NCBI GenBank assembly: GCA_013336275.1
Contig: JAAXUA010000001.1
Coordinates: 206,167 to 270,166, forward strand
Source of the DNA: Candidatus Falkowbacteria bacterium
GTDB lineage: Bacteria; Patescibacteriota; Patescibacteriia; Patescibacteriales; GWE2-39-37
DNA length: 64,000 nucleotides
Reading direction: 5' to 3'
Within the stretch, counting starts at the first letter, position 1; each line of letters opens with the position of its first letter. Positions 61,545 to 64,000 of the stretch are shown piece after piece. The notes below the pieces were generated by a model. It ran no database searches, was not told the DNA's origin, and worked only from the letters and a program-made list of their open reading frames with translations. The translations under genes and the position numbers were made by a program.

Positions 61545-62789
61545 TTACGGAAGATATTCCAGAGGATTTACTGGTATGCCGTTCAATCTGACCTCAAAAT
61601 GAAGGTGGGGACCAGTCGTCAGCTTGCCTGCTCCTGGCGTGCCTGGCATGCCTCCTGAGAGGCCTATAGGCTGCCCCTGGACGACGTATTGGTCCTCTTC
61701 AACCATTATCTTGGAAACGTGGCCGTAGACCGTAGCAAGGTTGTTGCCATGGACGATCATAATGTAGCTATACCCCATGCCCGCATCCTTGGCCCGAGCA
61801 ACGTAGCCTGATGCAGCGGCACGCATGGTCGTTCCCTGCTTGGCGCGGATATCGACGGCTGGGTGCTCGAAGATGTATCGGAAAGGATAATCGGGGTCGT
61901 GGAAATACGTGGTGATGGTGTTCTTGGAAACAGGCCAAATCATCCCGGCAGGATTCTGTTCAAGTTTCTGCTGCTGCTTCTTCGAAAGCTTCTCGCGCAT
62001 CAATTGCTCCAATTGGACGACTTCGGCGGCGGCGGCAGACTGTTCCTGTTTGGCCTGGGCAATCAAGCGCTGGAACTGCTGTTCCGATTCCTCGGTCTGG
62101 ACGACCAAGAAATTCTTATCCTCTTTCTCGCTCTCGAGCGAGACGCGCTTGTCATCAAGGCCCTTTTTCAGTTCAGCCAGCTTCTTGTTTTTCACTTCCA
62201 GAGCGCTCTTCTTCGCCTGAAGATCGTCATGAAGTTTTCTCAAATCCTCAAGGCTGTCAGCCAGTTCCTGATTCACGTCTTCTAGATATTTGACCTGGTT
62301 CATGAACTCTGAAAATGAATCGTTCAGCAACAAGACCTCAAGGGCATTGGCGCGATCCCTTTTGTATAAAAGCTTGAGCACCGTACCGACGTGATCCTTT
62401 TCGCGTTTGATCTCTTCCTCCTTGTTGGTTATCTCAATCGTGGTCTTTTTCATCTCAAGAGTGGTCTCATCGATCTCAACCTGCAGGCGCTCTATCTCCA
62501 ACATGGTCGCAGCGATACGGTTATCCAATACCCCCAGCTGATCAACCAAAGTTGCCTTCTCGTTCTTCTTCTCGGCCAATGCTTTGGCGTACTCCTCCTG
62601 CTTCTTCTGTATTTCTTCTGATTTTTGACGCCTAGCCTTTATTTCCTTATTGATCTTATCAACTTCCCTGTCTATGGTGGCGTTGTCTTCTTGCCCTTGC
62701 ACGAACAAAAAGCCGACAGCGAATAAGATTATCGCCGTAGGCAAGGCAAGCCAGTACATTTTTCTGAAGGGCTGCACGGAGCTTTTCAT
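61545..62789 (-). CDS. M23 family metallopeptidase with an N-terminal TM and a long coiled coil (EnvC-like)
   Basis: HPAVDI, GHVSKI and GPHLHFEVRLNG are M23 motifs. About 250 aa of coiled coil. The start is chosen at ATG 62789, 6 nt after TGgTATAAT; ATG 62795 is also possible. Confidence 0.85.
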   Translation of the reverse strand: MKSSVQPFRKMYWLALPTAIILFAVGFLFVQGQEDNATIDREVDKINKEIKARRQKSEEIQKKQEEYAKALAEKKNEKATLVDQLGVLDNRIAATMLEIERLQVEIDETTLEMKKTTIEITNKEEEIKREKDHVGTVLKLLYKRDRANALEVLLLNDSFSEFMNQVKYLEDVNQELADSLEDLRKLHDDLQAKKSALEVKNKKLAELKKGLDDKRVSLESEKEDKNFLVVQTEESEQQFQRLIAQAKQEQSAAAAEVVQLEQLMREKLSKKQQQKLEQNPAGMIWPVSKNTITTYFHDPDYPFRYIFEHPAVDIRAKQGTTMRAAASGYVARAKDAGMGYSYIMIVHGNNLATVYGHVSKIMVEEDQYVVQGQPIGLSGGMPGTPGAGKLTTGPHLHFEVRLNGIPVNPLEYLP

Positions 62790-62795
62790 GTTCAT

Positions 62796-62804
62796 ATTAT
62801 ACCA
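62796..62804 (-). promoter_or_regulatory. extended -10 TGgTATAAT, 6 nt before ATG 62789 (leaderless)
   Basis: Reverse complement reads cgTGgTATAATatgaacATG. Confidence 0.5.
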
Positions 62805-62869
62805 CGATTTTAAAAAATGTAAAAATTCCGCTGCTGCCACAGTGTCATTAATAAATTTTTAATGTATAG

Positions 62870-62878
62870 TGCTATAAT
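62870..62878 (+). promoter_or_regulatory. extended -10 TGcTATAAT, 6 nt before ATG 62885 (leaderless)
   Basis: agTGcTATAATtaaggcATG. Confidence 0.5.
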
Positions 62879-62884
62879 TAAGGC

Positions 62885-63262
62885 ATGAAAGACCTTGAAC
62901 AAATCTTTACTGCGCTCAAGAGCATCCTTGAGCGCTACAACCCGCCTCTGATTGTAAAAGGTGCCAATACCGCCAAGCCACAGTACATTCTTTGGTCGGT
63001 GAAGGATGTTGTAATTGCTGGACGCCCGCGCAAAGAGATCGCTTTTGCCGGCCTAATAATCCAAAAATCATATGTCGGCTTTTACTTTATGCCGACTTAT
63101 GCTAATGACGAATTGAAGAAATTTTTCGCACCTGGCTTGCTGAAGTTGCTTAAGGGTAAAAGCTGCTTCCATATCAAGGAGCTCACCCCGGAGCTGCAAA
63201 AAGAAATCGAGCAGGCGCTTGATCTCGGCTGGAAAAGGTATGAAAAGAATGGCTGGGTTTGA
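62885..63262 (+). CDS. hypothetical protein (125 aa)
   Basis: Clean ORF with a leaderless-type promoter. No motif recognised with confidence. Confidence 0.5.
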   Translation: MKDLEQIFTALKSILERYNPPLIVKGANTAKPQYILWSVKDVVIAGRPRKEIAFAGLIIQKSYVGFYFMPTYANDELKKFFAPGLLKLLKGKSCFHIKELTPELQKEIEQALDLGWKRYEKNGWV

Positions 63263-63266
63263 CCGT

Positions 63267-63884
63267 TCAAAAAATCTTCGCTCTTTTCGCCCACCAGATC
63301 GCCAAGGCGAATCCGGCAACTGCTAACAATAGCTGGAGCGCGAAAGGCCAAGCTGCGGCATAGGAAAAGATGAATGAGAAAGGCAGCAGGCCTAGGGCTG
63401 TTGCCCAAAAATACGGCGTAAAGCTGATCGAGGTGAAGAGACCTAGGGTGTAGCTTAGCAGATCGGCCGGCAAGATGATGCGCAAGACCACGATAGTGAC
63501 AAACAGGTTGTGTTCACCGATAACTTTCTCTATCCTTTCCAGTTTATCGATTTCAAAAAATCGCGCCACCAGGGGCTTACCGAAACGTCGTGCCAGAAGG
63601 AAGGCGATAACCGAACCCGCCAGCCAGCCAGCGAAACTTATGATTGCGGCCCAGAAACTGCCCCATAACGCCACTGCCAACGGCAAGAGAGGCAAAGCGC
63701 TGACTGGGGCCACTACCGTTGCCAGCAGTTCACCCAAGAAATAAGCGAAAATACCCACGCCATTACGGACTGACATCCACTCCCTGATCGCCTCGGCATA
63801 TCGTCCGGAGTAATATGATGAAACCAGAAACAGTATTATGATAGCAGCTGTAACAAGTATCTCCCTTTTGTGTTTTATGGCCAT
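63267..63884 (-). CDS. DedA/TVP38-TMEM64 (SNARE-associated, VTT domain) family membrane protein
   Basis: 205 aa with 5-6 TM. PLLPLAVALWG..., AFLLARRFGKPLV and ILPADLLSYTLGL are typical of the VTT domain. Confidence 0.72.
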   Translation of the reverse strand: MAIKHKREILVTAAIIILFLVSSYYSGRYAEAIREWMSVRNGVGIFAYFLGELLATVVAPVSALPLLPLAVALWGSFWAAIISFAGWLAGSVIAFLLARRFGKPLVARFFEIDKLERIEKVIGEHNLFVTIVVLRIILPADLLSYTLGLFTSISFTPYFWATALGLLPFSFIFSYAAAWPFALQLLLAVAGFALAIWWAKRAKIF

Positions 63885-63925
63885 AACATTGCATTTATTC
63901 TCATACCATAGTATAGTATCGCCGC

Positions 63926-64000
63926 ATGAAAAATCGATTAAGCACTAACCTCAAACATATGCGTAAAACATTTTTTGCCTTTTTGGCCGCTAGCCTGCTC
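63926..64000 (+). CDS. partial ORF (N-terminus only), probably a secreted or membrane protein
   Basis: MKNRLSTNLKHMRKTFFAFLAASLL... runs off the right edge. Signal-peptide-like. Confidence 0.3.
   Translation, partial: MKNRLSTNLKHMRKTFFAFLAASLL

Overview
The window holds about 60 protein genes, more than 85% of them on the + strand. They are tightly packed, and many neighbours overlap by 1-11 nt at start/stop codons. I found no rRNA, tRNA, CRISPR array or transposase.

The content looks like a reduced-genome Patescibacteria/CPR-type bacterium (inference). Supporting points:
- Minimal housekeeping genes: pyrG, trxA, mreB, tgt, mnmA, alaS, infA-rpmJ-rpsM-rpsK-rpsD-rpoA-rplQ-rplM-rpsI, greA, serS and one Xer recombinase.
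- Two DUF4012 paralogs.
- Domain-trimmed bL9, AlaRS and RpoA.
- Almost no Shine-Dalgarno (SD) sequences.

Three envelope modules dominate:
- 3.5-9.3 kb: a receiver domain, a giant coiled-coil membrane-fusion protein, an ABC ATPase and two FtsX/MacB permeases.
- 9.9-32 kb: DUF4012, MreB, five GT4/GT2 glycosyltransferases, UDP-glucuronate decarboxylase, an S8 protease with propeller repeats, two head-to-head polytopic membrane proteins (one clearly GT-C-like), a second DUF4012 and a DUF11-like surface protein.
- 44.1-53.6 kb: Wzx-like flippase, GT4, GT2, four tandem ABC-2 permeases with one ATPase, a DUF192 lipoprotein and an O-antigen-ligase-like protein.

Most notable observations:
1. Two ~75-nt intergenic foldbacks (29925-30000 and 37542-37615) share an identical 25-nt loop core inside 28-nt loops. 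Their outer stems are unrelated in sequence, equally long and perfectly paired. This may be a new structured RNA or ssDNA element family.
2. RpoA lacks the alpha-CTD and ends in an acidic linker plus a perfect AT-hook (KKKRGRPKKG).
3. Expression signals fall into two classes. Many resident genes have TGnTATAAT placed 6-7 nt before the ATG, which suggests leaderless mRNAs. A few compositionally odd orphan genes instead carry strong AGGAGG SD sites. Two of these (the Zn-ribbon and PEP-CTERM genes) also have near-consensus -35/-10 promoters.
4. TGT has lost all four structural-zinc ligands.
5. A PEP-CTERM protein is present with no exosortase in view.
6. There is a secreted cytochrome b5-FN3 protein.

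All functional calls rest on motif recognition by eye. No database search was run.
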